Positions 1 to 8,455 of a stretch of DNA of 30,757 bases are shown here, one piece after another. How positions within the stretch are numbered: the first letter of the stretch is position 1; the number at the start of each line of letters is the position of its first letter. Source of the DNA: Breznakia blatticola. Its GTDB lineage: Bacteria > Bacillota_I > Bacilli_A > Erysipelotrichales > Erysipelotrichaceae. The position numbers were made by a program, and so were the translations under genes. The stretch lies in assembly GCF_004365815.1 (NCBI RefSeq), contig NZ_SODD01000029.1:1-30757 (forward strand). Direction: 5' to 3'. The notes under the pieces were generated by a model. It was not told the origin of the DNA. It saw only the letters and a program-made list of their open reading frames with translations, and ran no database searches.

Positions 1-25
1 ATACACTACAAAAAAGTGTGAAACT

Positions 26-70
26 AAAAATGGCTAAAACCTTATGAATAAAGGGCTTAGCCATTTTTTA
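26..70. terminator. Stem-loop flanked by an A-run and a T-run (bidirectional-type intrinsic terminator)
   Basis: ATGGCTAA (30-37) pairs with TTAGCCAT (57-64). AAAAA precedes it and TTTTTT follows. There is no ORF in nt 1-238. Confidence 0.4.
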
Positions 71-200
71 TGCTTTTTTAACTTCTAAAGTCAAGATCCT
101 ATATCCTTCTCATTTTATACTATTTACGCATGTTTTACAATATTTCACGTATTTCTCGAACGACAATGCACACTTCACGATTTTTCGATATTTTCCAATA

Positions 201-229
201 ATAAAAAGTCCGCTTGTATAAACGAACTT
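201..229 (-). terminator. Probable intrinsic terminator of the VanZ-like gene
   Basis: AAGTCCG (206-212) and CGAACTT (223-229) form 6 of 7 pairs. On the minus strand TTTTTAT follows. It lies 10 nt after the stop at 239. Confidence 0.35.
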
Positions 230-238
230 ATCTTCTCT

Positions 239-859
239 TTATTGTTGTTTTGTCTTTATTCTTGATCGTTTACATATCATACCTTCGACCAAATGATATG
301 GTTTTATGCATAACATACCAAGTCCAATACCAATTGCATATAAGCTAATATCACTTAAATCAAATGAACCACGACTTAACACATATTGTAACACTTCCAT
401 CAAGATACCAAAGCTTAGACATGAAAGATATAACATCCATTTCCTTTTGACAATTGGTTGTAAGACTAATGGTGCAGGAACAAACAACAAAATATTTAAT
501 ACTACCAATTGTACCAAGTATTGATAACCAGACTGCAAGTCATCAATAAATGCAAATGGATTAAATCCATTACTAATCAGTCCTTCAACATAGATTTGTC
601 TACGTGCCAAAAGTAGTACAGCTACAATCAAGAAGTAGCCCAAACAAACCATTCGTTTCTCAAAAGCATTCCAACCGATGCAAACATACGAAATAAATGC
701 ATATACAAATACACACATACTACCAACGATAATTGCATATTGCATCCAATTCGGATTATTAAATCGCATCAGTTCCTGAATAATTGGATAACATAGAAGT
801 ATTCCTACTACACAGGCAATGCCAAACAGATGTTTTTTATTATTCAAAAAATCTCTCAT
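239..859 (-). CDS. VanZ-like integral membrane protein
   Basis: Multi-TM ORF with the C-terminal motif SRGSFDLSDISLYAIGIGLG, resembling the VanZ R..s.D..D...N..G..G signature. The ORF extends to 895, but the ATG at 859 is preceded by AGAGGA 6 nt upstream, so I call that start. Confidence 0.5.
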   Translation of the reverse strand: MRDFLNNKKHLFGIACVVGILLCYPIIQELMRFNNPNWMQYAIIVGSMCVFVYAFISYVCIGWNAFEKRMVCLGYFLIVAVLLLARRQIYVEGLISNGFNPFAFIDDLQSGYQYLVQLVVLNILLFVPAPLVLQPIVKRKWMLYLSCLSFGILMEVLQYVLSRGSFDLSDISLYAIGIGLGMLCIKPYHLVEGMICKRSRIKTKQQ

Positions 860-944
860 CGTACGTCCTCTATGCATATATACTACCATATTCATTTTTA
901 TTTACGTGAACATACAATGATTTTCTTGTGTTATTTTTTGTTGG

Positions 945-1244
945 TTATTTTGAAAGTAATTGCTTTAACTCATCTACTGATGCAACTTTTCCAGAGATAA
1001 TTACCTTTCCTTTATAGACAAGTGCAGGTGTCGACATAACTCCATAACTCGCAATTTCTACCATATCAGTTACTTTCTCAATATCTGTAGATAGATCTAA
1101 TTGTTGCAAAGCTTGTTTTGCATTTGTTGCAAGTTCATTGCATTTTGCACATCCAGAACCTAAGACTTTCACTTCTGCTCCTTTTACACTTTCCATTTGT
1201 CCATCGATACCTGATGGCTTTACATTCTTTTTAAATAGTTTCAT
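945..1244 (-). CDS. Small thioredoxin-fold redox-active disulfide protein (CxxC)
   Basis: The 99-aa ORF has VKVLGSGCAKC followed by a ...STPALVYKGKV thioredoxin-like core. SD AGGAGGAG overlaps the stop of the upstream permease. This is the usual third member of ArsR/permease/thioredoxin-like trios. Confidence 0.75.
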   Translation of the reverse strand: MKLFKKNVKPSGIDGQMESVKGAEVKVLGSGCAKCNELATNAKQALQQLDLSTDIEKVTDMVEIASYGVMSTPALVYKGKVIISGKVASVDELKQLLSK

Positions 1245-1253
1245 ACGCTCCTC

Positions 1254-2183
1254 CTAAAATATATATTGAAACACATTGAATAAATAACCAATAATCATAA
1301 TTGAAATACCAACAATAGCGATAAATGTTGCTAATAATTGTGGTTTTACTGCACGTTTAAGCATAATCATTGATGGCAAAGATAATGCAGTAACTGCCAT
1401 CATAAAAGATAAAACCGTTCCTAATCCAACACCTTTTGCATATAATGCTTCAGCAATTGGAATCGTTCCAAAGATATCTGCATACATTGGAATTCCGACA
1501 ATGGTTGCTAGAATTACTGAAAATGGATTGTCTTTGCCAAGAATGGACTGGATAAAAGATTCAGGTAATACGTTATGTATCAAAGCACCAATACCAACCC
1601 CAACCAAGACATATGGAAACACTTTTTTAAAGGTTGATACAACTTGTTCTTTGGCAAAATCAATCCGCTCTTTATAGCCTACGTTCACATCATCGATTGT
1701 TACATTTGGTGCATCCTTAATAAAGGATTCAACATATTTCTCCATTCCTAGCTTTTCGATCAACAGTCCTCCTAATACTGCAATAATAAGTCCAGCAAGC
1801 ACATAGACAACTGCAATCTTCCAACCAAAGATTGACATCAACAACACCAAAGAACCTAAGTCCACCATCGGTGAAGAAATCAAAAATGAAAAGGTAACGC
1901 CTACTGGTAAACCAGCACTTGTAAATCCCATAAAAATAGGAATCGATGAACAACTACAAAATGGTGTAATCGTACCCAACAAAGCACTTAATATATTTGC
2001 CCATATCCCACGAAATCTTGATAGTATCTTTTTTGTCCGTTCTGGTGGAAAGTAACTTTGAATGTATGATATTCCAAATATCAATACAGATAACAGCCAT
2101 AGTATCTTAATCACATCATAGATAAAGAAATGTATACTTGCTCCCAGTGTTTCGTGAATATTGATACCAACTAATTCAAGCAT
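1254..2183 (-). CDS. ArsP/DUF318-type permease (COG0701 family) with a vicinal-cysteine TM motif
   Basis: The 309-aa polytopic ORF contains TPFCSCSSIP and SFLISSPMVDLGSLVLL, motifs typical of this permease family. The reading frame continues upstream to an SD-preceded ATG at 2244-2246 but is cut by an in-frame TGA at 2196-2198 (see findings). Confidence 0.8.
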   Translation of the reverse strand: MLELVGINIHETLGASIHFFIYDVIKILWLLSVLIFGISYIQSYFPPERTKKILSRFRGIWANILSALLGTITPFCSCSSIPIFMGFTSAGLPVGVTFSFLISSPMVDLGSLVLLMSIFGWKIAVVYVLAGLIIAVLGGLLIEKLGMEKYVESFIKDAPNVTIDDVNVGYKERIDFAKEQVVSTFKKVFPYVLVGVGIGALIHNVLPESFIQSILGKDNPFSVILATIVGIPMYADIFGTIPIAEALYAKGVGLGTVLSFMMAVTALSLPSMIMLKRAVKPQLLATFIAIVGISIMIIGYLFNVFQYIF

Positions 2184-2257
2184 TGATCCAACCAGTCAGT
2201 TTAACCATTGCATTCCTAATATTTCATTTTGTATAAAATCCCACATATTCTCTCCTT

Positions 2258-2304
2258 ATATCGATTATCATCGATATGTAGATTATACACATTATATCGA
2301 TATA
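2258..2304. promoter_or_regulatory. Palindromic ATCGAT-core operator candidates (ArsR/SmtB-type)
   Basis: ATATCGAT-TATC-ATCGATAT lies at 2258-2277 and the perfect 12-bp palindrome TATATCGATATA at 2293-2304. One sits in the promoter spacer and the other between the -10 and the SD. Confidence 0.45.
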
Positions 2305-2310
2305 CGTCAA
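2282..2310 (-). promoter_or_regulatory. Sigma-A-type promoter for the permease/thioredoxin-like genes
   Basis: On the minus strand, TTGACG (2305-2310) is followed by a 17-nt spacer and TATAAT (2282-2287). It lies about 35 nt upstream of AAGGAGAG and the ATG at 2246. Confidence 0.55.
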
Positions 2311-2334
2311 TATGTATTATAAAAGAAAAGAAGC

Positions 2335-2625
2335 TTATGCTTCCTTACAACATGTACCATCAAACAATTCCAGTAAATCATTACGTGTTTTTGCACACAC
2401 ATCCTTACTAATTGTATAGTTTATCCATTTCCCTTTTTTTGTTGCTGTTACTAATCTTGCATCCGTTAAGATCTTCATATGATGTGATAATGTAGACTGT
2501 ACAATATTCAAATCTTGTAATAAATCACAAGCACATCGTTCACCTTGTGTTTTCAGTATCGAAAAAATCTTGATTCTATTTTCATCACTCAATGCTTTCA
2601 TAACTACAATCAATTGTTTATCCAT
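2335..2625 (-). CDS. arsR: ArsR/SmtB-family metalloregulatory transcriptional repressor
   Basis: The 96-aa winged-HTH ORF has ERCACDLLQDLNIVQSTLSHHMKIL (CxC metal site plus the recognition-helix pattern) and a C-terminal CC pair. Confidence 0.85.
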   Translation of the reverse strand: MDKQLIVVMKALSDENRIKIFSILKTQGERCACDLLQDLNIVQSTLSHHMKILTDARLVTATKKGKWINYTISKDVCAKTRNDLLELFDGTCCKEA

Positions 2626-2645
2626 ATGTATACCTCATTGTCCTA

Positions 2646-2674
2646 AATATAACGAAAAGTATAGTTGATGTCAA
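2646..2674 (-). promoter_or_regulatory. Sigma-A-type promoter of arsR
   Basis: On the minus strand, TTGACA (2669-2674) is followed by a 17-nt spacer and TATATT (2646-2651), about 20 nt upstream of the arsR SD. Confidence 0.5.
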
Positions 2675-2743
2675 ACATACAAATGAAATAGTCATTCTTC
2701 ATAAAAAAACACCTAGTGTAAGTACTAGATGTTGTAAATCATA

Positions 2744-3124
2744 TGGTGGAGCTGAGGAGAGTCGAACTCCTGTCCAAAAATAGCCTCGTGTACAAACGTC
2801 TACAGTTTAGTTTGTTTATATAAGAGTTAGATTGAAAACAAACAATCGAGTCTAACAATTTGGTTTATTCAATTTCAAGGATGTAGCTAAACCAAATACA
2901 TCCCCTATCTTCCTAGTTATACGAGTTTAGCAAGTGGAAAGATACACTCACCAACAAGGCTGCAAACCAGTTGTTAGGTTAAATTAAGCAGCGAAAGCTA
3001 CGCTTTGGTTAGCACCAAAGAAGCTTGATAATTTGTTTTTTCCAGTTAAATTGGATTGATGGTTACGCCATCAGCCGACTGCAGTTCATACTAGACATAT
3101 CCCTGTCGAAACCATGACAGCCCC
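2744..3124 (-). ncRNA. ssrA: tmRNA (transfer-messenger RNA)
   Basis: The minus strand begins GGGGCUGUCAUGGUUUCGACAGGG and ends GGACAGGAGUUCGACUCUCCUCAGCUCCACCA. The internal tag frame at 2984-3043 encodes GKNKLSSFFGANQSVAFAA followed by a stop. It lies directly downstream of smpB. Confidence 0.95.
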
Positions 3125-3135
3125 ATGTCGTAGAT

Positions 3136-3165
3136 AGTATAACACTATCTATATTTCTTTGCCAA
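3136..3165 (-). promoter_or_regulatory. Candidate ssrA promoter inside the 3' end of smpB
   Basis: On the minus strand, TTGGCA (3160-3165) is followed by an 18-nt spacer and TGtTATACT (-10 at 3136-3141). It ends 11 nt before the mature 5' GGGG. An 8-bp hairpin (3131-3151) overlaps it. Confidence 0.45.
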
Positions 3166-3591
3166 CTTTTGCATCATACGACTTGCATCACGATCTTTTT
3201 CCGTTTGACGCTTATCATATAAGTGTTTCCCCTTTGCTAAAGCAATTTCAAGTTTTGCTTTACCATGGTGAATATATAACCGTAGTGGCACAACGGTATA
3301 TCCTTGTAGTTTTACCTTTTGTTGGAGTTTCTTAATCTCATGCTTATGCAATAAGAGTTTTCTTTCTCTAGTCTCATCGTGATTGAAACGATTTCCATAT
3401 TCATATGGAGGAATGTGCATATTTTTAATATATGCTTCACCATCAATAAATGTGATGAAGCTTTCTTTCAATTGCACAGATCCTTTACGGATACTTTTAA
3501 TCTCTGTTCCATGCAAAACAAGGCCAGCTTCAAACGTGTCCTCAATGAAATATTCATGCTTTGCTTTTCGATTGACAGTGATTACTTGCAT
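3145..3591 (-). CDS. smpB: SsrA-binding protein SmpB
   Basis: The 148-aa ORF has the typical NRKAKHEY...GTEIKS...LLLHKHEI sequence. SD AGGAGG is present. It lies adjacent to tmRNA. Confidence 0.95.
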   Translation of the reverse strand: MQVITVNRKAKHEYFIEDTFEAGLVLHGTEIKSIRKGSVQLKESFITFIDGEAYIKNMHIPPYEYGNRFNHDETRERKLLLHKHEIKKLQQKVKLQGYTVVPLRLYIHHGKAKLEIALAKGKHLYDKRQTEKDRDASRMMQKLAKKYR

Positions 3592-3599
3592 ATTTCCTC

Positions 3600-4742
3600 C
3601 TAGTAAACTACTTCTATTTTATCATTCATGACTTGATTAAGTAAATCAATAAAATACTGACGTTTCATATCCAATCCTTTTTGCGTTAAGGTATGAACAC
3701 TTGCCATTTCATCCGTATAGTCTTTTAATGCATAGACTTTATAGTTATGGAATGCATTGGTGATTTGTGTAATCGTCGGAATGAATTTCACATCTTTGAA
3801 TGTTACTTCTTTTGTTTTGGTGTCATAGCTCATAGTAAAACTTGCTAGACCACCTAACATATTGTCATTTCCATCTTGTGCAGATAGAAAGTTTCCTAAT
3901 GAATAATAGGTTAGTGTTGTATTTCCATTTTTACCAGTGAGAATATCTCCAGTTTGAATGACATGTGGATGTCCACCAATAATAACATCAGCACCTGCAT
4001 CACTTAAAAACTGTGCAAGTTCTTTTTGTTCGTCATTTGGTTCAAAGTGGTATTCTTCACCCCAGTGCATACTTACCATTTGAATATCACTATTTGCATT
4101 TGCTTCTTTCATGTCTTTAGCGATAATCTCTTTATCGATAAGATTGATTAGATATGATTTTCCTTCTGGTAATTCAAAGCCATTCAGTCCATATGTATAA
4201 CTTAGAAATGCGACTTTCACACCTTTGATTTCACGGTATCGAATTCGTGATTCATTTGCATCTACTTGCATTCCTGTTTGCATAAGGTCCAATTGCTTTA
4301 AATAGTTGTATTGATTGATGACACCTTGTTCACCACGATCATAACTATGATTACTTGCTGTATTGATCCAGTTAAATCCAGCACCTTTTACATCATCTAA
4401 GATTTCATATGGACCATTGAATTGTGGATAATGACTTAATCCTAGTTCATCACCAGCTGCAAGCGTTTCTTGGTTGATGTAAGAAATATCCTTTTGGATA
4501 TATGGAAGCATTGGTTCATACATCTCATCAAAGCCATAACTACCATCTGCTTTTTTTGCATAATAGTATACTGCTTCATGGATTAGATTATCACCAACTG
4601 CAGATACACTAATATCCACCACTTTACCTTCTTCTACTGGTTTGTTGGTATCTTTTGATGTATCATCTTTCTTTGTATCTGATGGATTTGAACCACAAGC
4701 AACTAACATACACATGATGACTATGACTACCAATTTTTTCAT
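3600..4742 (-). CDS. CapA-family (PGA_cap metallophosphatase-like) lipoprotein
   Basis: The signal peptide carries the lipobox LVAC-GS. CapA-type motifs are GDNLIH, NTASNHSYDRG, HWGEEY and IIGGHPHVIQ. SD AGGGGGA is present. Confidence 0.8.
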   Translation of the reverse strand: MKKLVVIVIMCMLVACGSNPSDTKKDDTSKDTNKPVEEGKVVDISVSAVGDNLIHEAVYYYAKKADGSYGFDEMYEPMLPYIQKDISYINQETLAAGDELGLSHYPQFNGPYEILDDVKGAGFNWINTASNHSYDRGEQGVINQYNYLKQLDLMQTGMQVDANESRIRYREIKGVKVAFLSYTYGLNGFELPEGKSYLINLIDKEIIAKDMKEANANSDIQMVSMHWGEEYHFEPNDEQKELAQFLSDAGADVIIGGHPHVIQTGDILTGKNGNTTLTYYSLGNFLSAQDGNDNMLGGLASFTMSYDTKTKEVTFKDVKFIPTITQITNAFHNYKVYALKDYTDEMASVHTLTQKGLDMKRQYFIDLLNQVMNDKIEVVY

Positions 4743-4757
4743 CTTACATCCCCCTAG

Positions 4758-6854
4758 TTATTTCTTAACAATCACAAAATCAATTTGCTTACGCATCTTG
4801 CTAGCATCTTCGACTTTAATTAAGACTTTTTGTCCCATTTTATAAATTATACCACTTGTTTCTCCAACTAATGCTTTTGCATTTTGATCATAGTGATAAT
4901 AATCATCTTCTAAACTTGTAATATGTACAAGTCCTTCCACTGTATTTTCCAGTTCCACGAATAATCCAAAACGAGTAACTGAAGATATCACACCATGGAA
5001 CTTTTTACCAATATAGCGTTCCATATATTCACATTTTTTCATATCATCTACATCACGTTCTGCTTCAATCGCATTACGTTCCATTTTCGATGTATGTTCA
5101 CTTGCTTCATCTAAGAATGCTTCGTCTTTTTCGATCTGTTTAAGATCAGTTGTCGCCTTAAAGTAGTAACGTTTCAGCATTCGGTGGACAAGTAAATCAG
5201 GATAGCGTCGAATTGGAGACGTAAAGTGTGTATACTCTTTCAATCCCAAACCAAAGTGTCCTAAATTGACCATATCGTAACGTGCTTTTTGCATACTACG
5301 AAGCATATACGTACTTAACACATCAAAATTTTCATTCCCTTTTGCTTGCACTAATAAATCTTGTAATTGCTTTGGATAGATATTTTGTGGATCAGCTTTT
5401 AATGGATATCCTAATGCACTACTTAAGTTGGCAAATTCACGAATCTTCTTAGAATCTGGATTTTCATGCACGCGATACATACTTGGCATTTGCATATGCT
5501 TTGTATGTGAGGCAATACATTCATTTGCGGCAATCATAAAGTCTTCAATCATACGTTCTGCATCACCGCGTTCACGTAATACGATATCTTTGACTCTTCC
5601 TTTTGCATCTACAAGGATTTTGCTTTCCTTCTTATCAAAATCGATTTCTCCAAGTTTTGCTTTACGCTTTTGTAGGATCTTAGATAATTCCAACCCTAAT
5701 GTAATCATCTCTTGTACATCTTTATACTTGCGTGTGACTTTAAGATCACCTGCAAGTATTTTATTTACATCAGTATACGTCATTCGATGACTACTTTTAA
5801 TTACACTCGGTACGATACGATAATCAACAACTTCACCTACTAGGTTGATTTCCATCACACAGCTCATCGTTAATCGATCCACTTTCTCTTGCAAACTACA
5901 TACCCCATTACTTAATAGCTGAGGCAACATTGGCACAACGCGATCTACAACATATACACTTGTTGAACGTTTATATGCTTCTTTATCGATAAGTGAACCT
6001 TCGGTTACATAATGCGATACATCAGCAATATGCACTTGTAGTTCATAATTACGACCTTTCTTTTTGATGTGGATTGCATCATCTAAATCCTTTGCATCTT
6101 CCCCATCAATGGTAATAATGCACGTATCTCTAAAATCCTCGCGTCCTTTTATTTGATCAACTTCCACTGTCTCAGGTATTTGTTGGGCTGCATCAAGCAC
6201 GGCTTTTGGGAAGACTGGCTCAATATCATGCTCAAGTAAAATCGATAGGATATCCACTCCTGGATCATACTTGTATCCAAGAATTTGCAGAATGCGAATG
6301 TACATCGTTTTCCCATACTTTTCAATGAATACTTGTACCTTTGTGTCATTGACCATTTTAAAGGCATCTTTATTCACAATCTTGAATTTTTGTTCAGGCA
6401 TTGGTGTATCTGGTAAAAACCACATCCGACCATCCTTTTTCTTAATGACACCTACTAACGTGTTCTTATTGCGTGAAATAACTTTGATAATTTCACATTC
6501 CACACGACCTTCATTGTCTTGATGAATTCGAGCTAACACCTCATCTCCATCCATAATATTCTTCACTTCATAACGGTTTGCATACACACTTGTGTCTTCA
6601 TTTTCCACAAACCCAAATCCTTTTGGATTCTTTCGTAATATACCTACAAAATATCCAAGTCGTTCCAAAGGAAAATAACGGTCTTTTTCATCAGTAATGA
6701 TGATGTATTCATTTTCCAGTGAATTCAATGCTTTTAGTAAAGCTGTAAAGTCTTCGCTACTCTCTACATGGAAAGCACGTTTAAAGTCCTCTACATTCAT
6801 CCCTTTATACTTTTGGCTTTGCACCGTATCCAGGATCATGTTCATATATTCCAT
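4758..6854 (-). CDS. rnr: Ribonuclease R (3'-5' exoribonuclease, RNB family with C-terminal S1 domain)
   Basis: The 698-aa ORF has cold-shock-like GFGFV, the RNB motifs DGEDAKDLDDAI and SPIRRYPDL, and an S1 domain GLFVEL. It sits in the conserved position upstream of smpB. Confidence 0.95.
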   Translation of the reverse strand: MEYMNMILDTVQSQKYKGMNVEDFKRAFHVESSEDFTALLKALNSLENEYIIITDEKDRYFPLERLGYFVGILRKNPKGFGFVENEDTSVYANRYEVKNIMDGDEVLARIHQDNEGRVECEIIKVISRNKNTLVGVIKKKDGRMWFLPDTPMPEQKFKIVNKDAFKMVNDTKVQVFIEKYGKTMYIRILQILGYKYDPGVDILSILLEHDIEPVFPKAVLDAAQQIPETVEVDQIKGREDFRDTCIITIDGEDAKDLDDAIHIKKKGRNYELQVHIADVSHYVTEGSLIDKEAYKRSTSVYVVDRVVPMLPQLLSNGVCSLQEKVDRLTMSCVMEINLVGEVVDYRIVPSVIKSSHRMTYTDVNKILAGDLKVTRKYKDVQEMITLGLELSKILQKRKAKLGEIDFDKKESKILVDAKGRVKDIVLRERGDAERMIEDFMIAANECIASHTKHMQMPSMYRVHENPDSKKIREFANLSSALGYPLKADPQNIYPKQLQDLLVQAKGNENFDVLSTYMLRSMQKARYDMVNLGHFGLGLKEYTHFTSPIRRYPDLLVHRMLKRYYFKATTDLKQIEKDEAFLDEASEHTSKMERNAIEAERDVDDMKKCEYMERYIGKKFHGVISSVTRFGLFVELENTVEGLVHITSLEDDYYHYDQNAKALVGETSGIIYKMGQKVLIKVEDASKMRKQIDFVIVKK

Positions 6855-6875
6855 ATATTTTCCTCCTTTCTATGA

Positions 6876-6900
6876 AATAAAAAAAGACCAATAGGTCTTT
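6876..6900 (-). terminator. Intrinsic terminator after secG
   Basis: AAAGACC (6883-6889) pairs with GGTCTTT (6894-6900) around the loop AATA. A run of seven U follows on the minus strand. Confidence 0.6.
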
Positions 6901-6923
6901 CTATATTCTAATCGCAATAACTA

Positions 6924-7154
6924 CTAGAAGATTCTAATCGCAATAACTAACATAAAGAAAATAATACCCATTACAAGCGTAATTCTGGCTATTACCTTCT
7001 CAGGTCCACGTTCTTTCACATTTGCAAATAGGTTCAAACCATCTCCACCTGTAAAAGCACCACTAATTCCATCAGACTTTCCACTTTGTAATAACGAAAG
7101 GACGATAATAGCTCCAGAAACTATCATTAATAATACATCTAACATTTTATACAT
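6924..7154 (-). CDS. secG: Preprotein translocase subunit SecG
   Basis: The 76-aa two-TM ORF has the LLQSGKSDGISGAFTGG signature. SD AGGAGG is present. Confidence 0.9.
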   Translation of the reverse strand: MYKMLDVLLMIVSGAIIVLSLLQSGKSDGISGAFTGGDGLNLFANVKERGPEKVIARITLVMGIIFFMLVIAIRIF

Positions 7155-7175
7155 CCTCCTTTCATATGCCTTACA

Positions 7176-7204
7176 ATTTTAGCATATAATTTAACGTATT
7201 TCAA
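7176..7204 (-). promoter_or_regulatory. Sigma-A-type promoter of secG
   Basis: On the minus strand, TTGAAA (7199-7204) is followed by a 17-nt spacer and TAAAAT (7176-7181). Confidence 0.5.
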
Positions 7205-7300
7205 TAGGCAAGTTGTGAAACGAAATTCTAATATTTTAAAGTAATTCTACCTATCAACAAAAATAATAAATATTTACCCACCATTTCGCAAACTACTTTT

Positions 7301-7857
7301 TTATCCTTCAGGATTGTATAATATATCTTCGTATCCTTGTTCCACATACCATTCCAAGTAATCAAAGAAACCTTCATGACTCAATCCATATTCTCTATAA
7401 TATACGTTTACCCATGCCTATGCTTCTTTCATGCTTTCAATTACTTCTTCATCGCAATCAGTTTCTTCTGTTTCATAATAGTACATGCAATATGTAATAT
7501 CAATATCTTTACTATTCCTAACTTTTGCTTTTTTTCACGAGGTTTATCGAGACTATCAAATATTACAATTCTCTTATCGTCTTTGTACTCAAAACCAATT
7601 GTAATTGTTCTCTCTCCTACCCCTCGTGATAGTCTCCAATAATGTACCCCTAAATCGTTCTTTGAATCGAGAGTAACACTTATTGAAGTTGATCGAGTAT
7701 CAATTGAGTCAACTATGACTCCAGCCTTATCCATTTTCTCTTGGTACTTTTCTCCACTGAATGTTTGATTGCATCCCATCAGCATGCATATCATAACCAA
7801 TACACTCAAGATTCTTTTTTTCTCATATCCTGTTATCCCTCTTCTTACAGCACTCAC
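7301..7857 (-). pseudogene. Decayed copy of the array lipoprotein (at least 3 lesions)
   Basis: Poly(A) after the canonical ATG (7824-7826) is A7 (7815-7821), against A8 in the copy at 8972-8979. The mid-gene tract is A7 (7529-7535), one short of in-frame. An in-frame TAG sits at 7418-7420, where the other copies have GAA. Confidence 0.8.
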
Positions 7858-7876
7858 TTAAGTATATATCCACTTT

Positions 7877-8404
7877 TTATCCTTCAGGATTGTATAATAT
7901 ATCTTCATATCCTTGTTCTACATACCATTCCAAGTAATCAAAGAAACCTTCATGACTCAATCCATATTCTCTATAATATTGGTTTACCCTTGCTTCAGCT
8001 TCCTTCATACTTTCAATTACTTCTTCATCACAATCGGTTTCTTCTGTTTCATAATCATATGTACAATATGTAATATCAATATCTTTACTATTTCTAACTT
8101 TTGCATTTTTTTCACGAGGTTTATCAAGACTATCAAATATTACAATTCTCTTATCGTCTTTGTACTCAAAACCAATCGTAATTGTTCTTTCTCCTACCCC
8201 TTGTGATAATCGATGATATGCTACACCTAAATCAATCTTTGGATCGAGAGTAACACTTATTGAAGTTGATCGAGTATTAATCGAGTCAATTACGACTCCT
8301 GCCTTTTCCATTTTTTCTTGATACTTTTCTCCACTAAATGTTTGATTGCATCCCATCAGCATGCACATTACAACCAATATACTTACGATTCTTTTGTTAC
8401 TCAT
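7877..8404 (-). CDS. Lipoprotein, array paralogue (putative orphan immunity protein)
   Basis: The 175-aa ORF has a signal peptide with lipobox LMGC-NQT and SD GAGGGA. It is homologous to 9036-9563. The mid-gene A tract is interrupted (AAAAAAAT), which keeps the frame. Confidence 0.85.
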   Translation of the reverse strand: MSNKRIVSILVVMCMLMGCNQTFSGEKYQEKMEKAGVVIDSINTRSTSISVTLDPKIDLGVAYHRLSQGVGERTITIGFEYKDDKRIVIFDSLDKPREKNAKVRNSKDIDITYCTYDYETEETDCDEEVIESMKEAEARVNQYYREYGLSHEGFFDYLEWYVEQGYEDILYNPEG

Positions 8405-8455
8405 ACCCTGTTATCCCTCTTCTTACAACATTCACTTGAATGTTTATCCACTTTT

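Noticed and set aside
153-190. A loosely repeated TTCACG-(A/T)-rich-TCGA motif (about 153-170 and 173-190) in the leftmost non-coding stretch.
   Set aside because: There are only two imperfect copies, with no gene downstream in the window to regulate. This is not enough to call a binding site.
2196-2198. The in-frame TGA as evidence of genome-wide TGA reassignment (code 4 or 25) or selenocysteine.
   Set aside because: TGA works as a stop elsewhere in the window, for example the ATGA junction at 11527-11530. Trp in conserved proteins such as enolase is encoded by TGG, and all long ORFs are intact under the standard code. I see no convincing SECIS-like hairpin right after the TGA.
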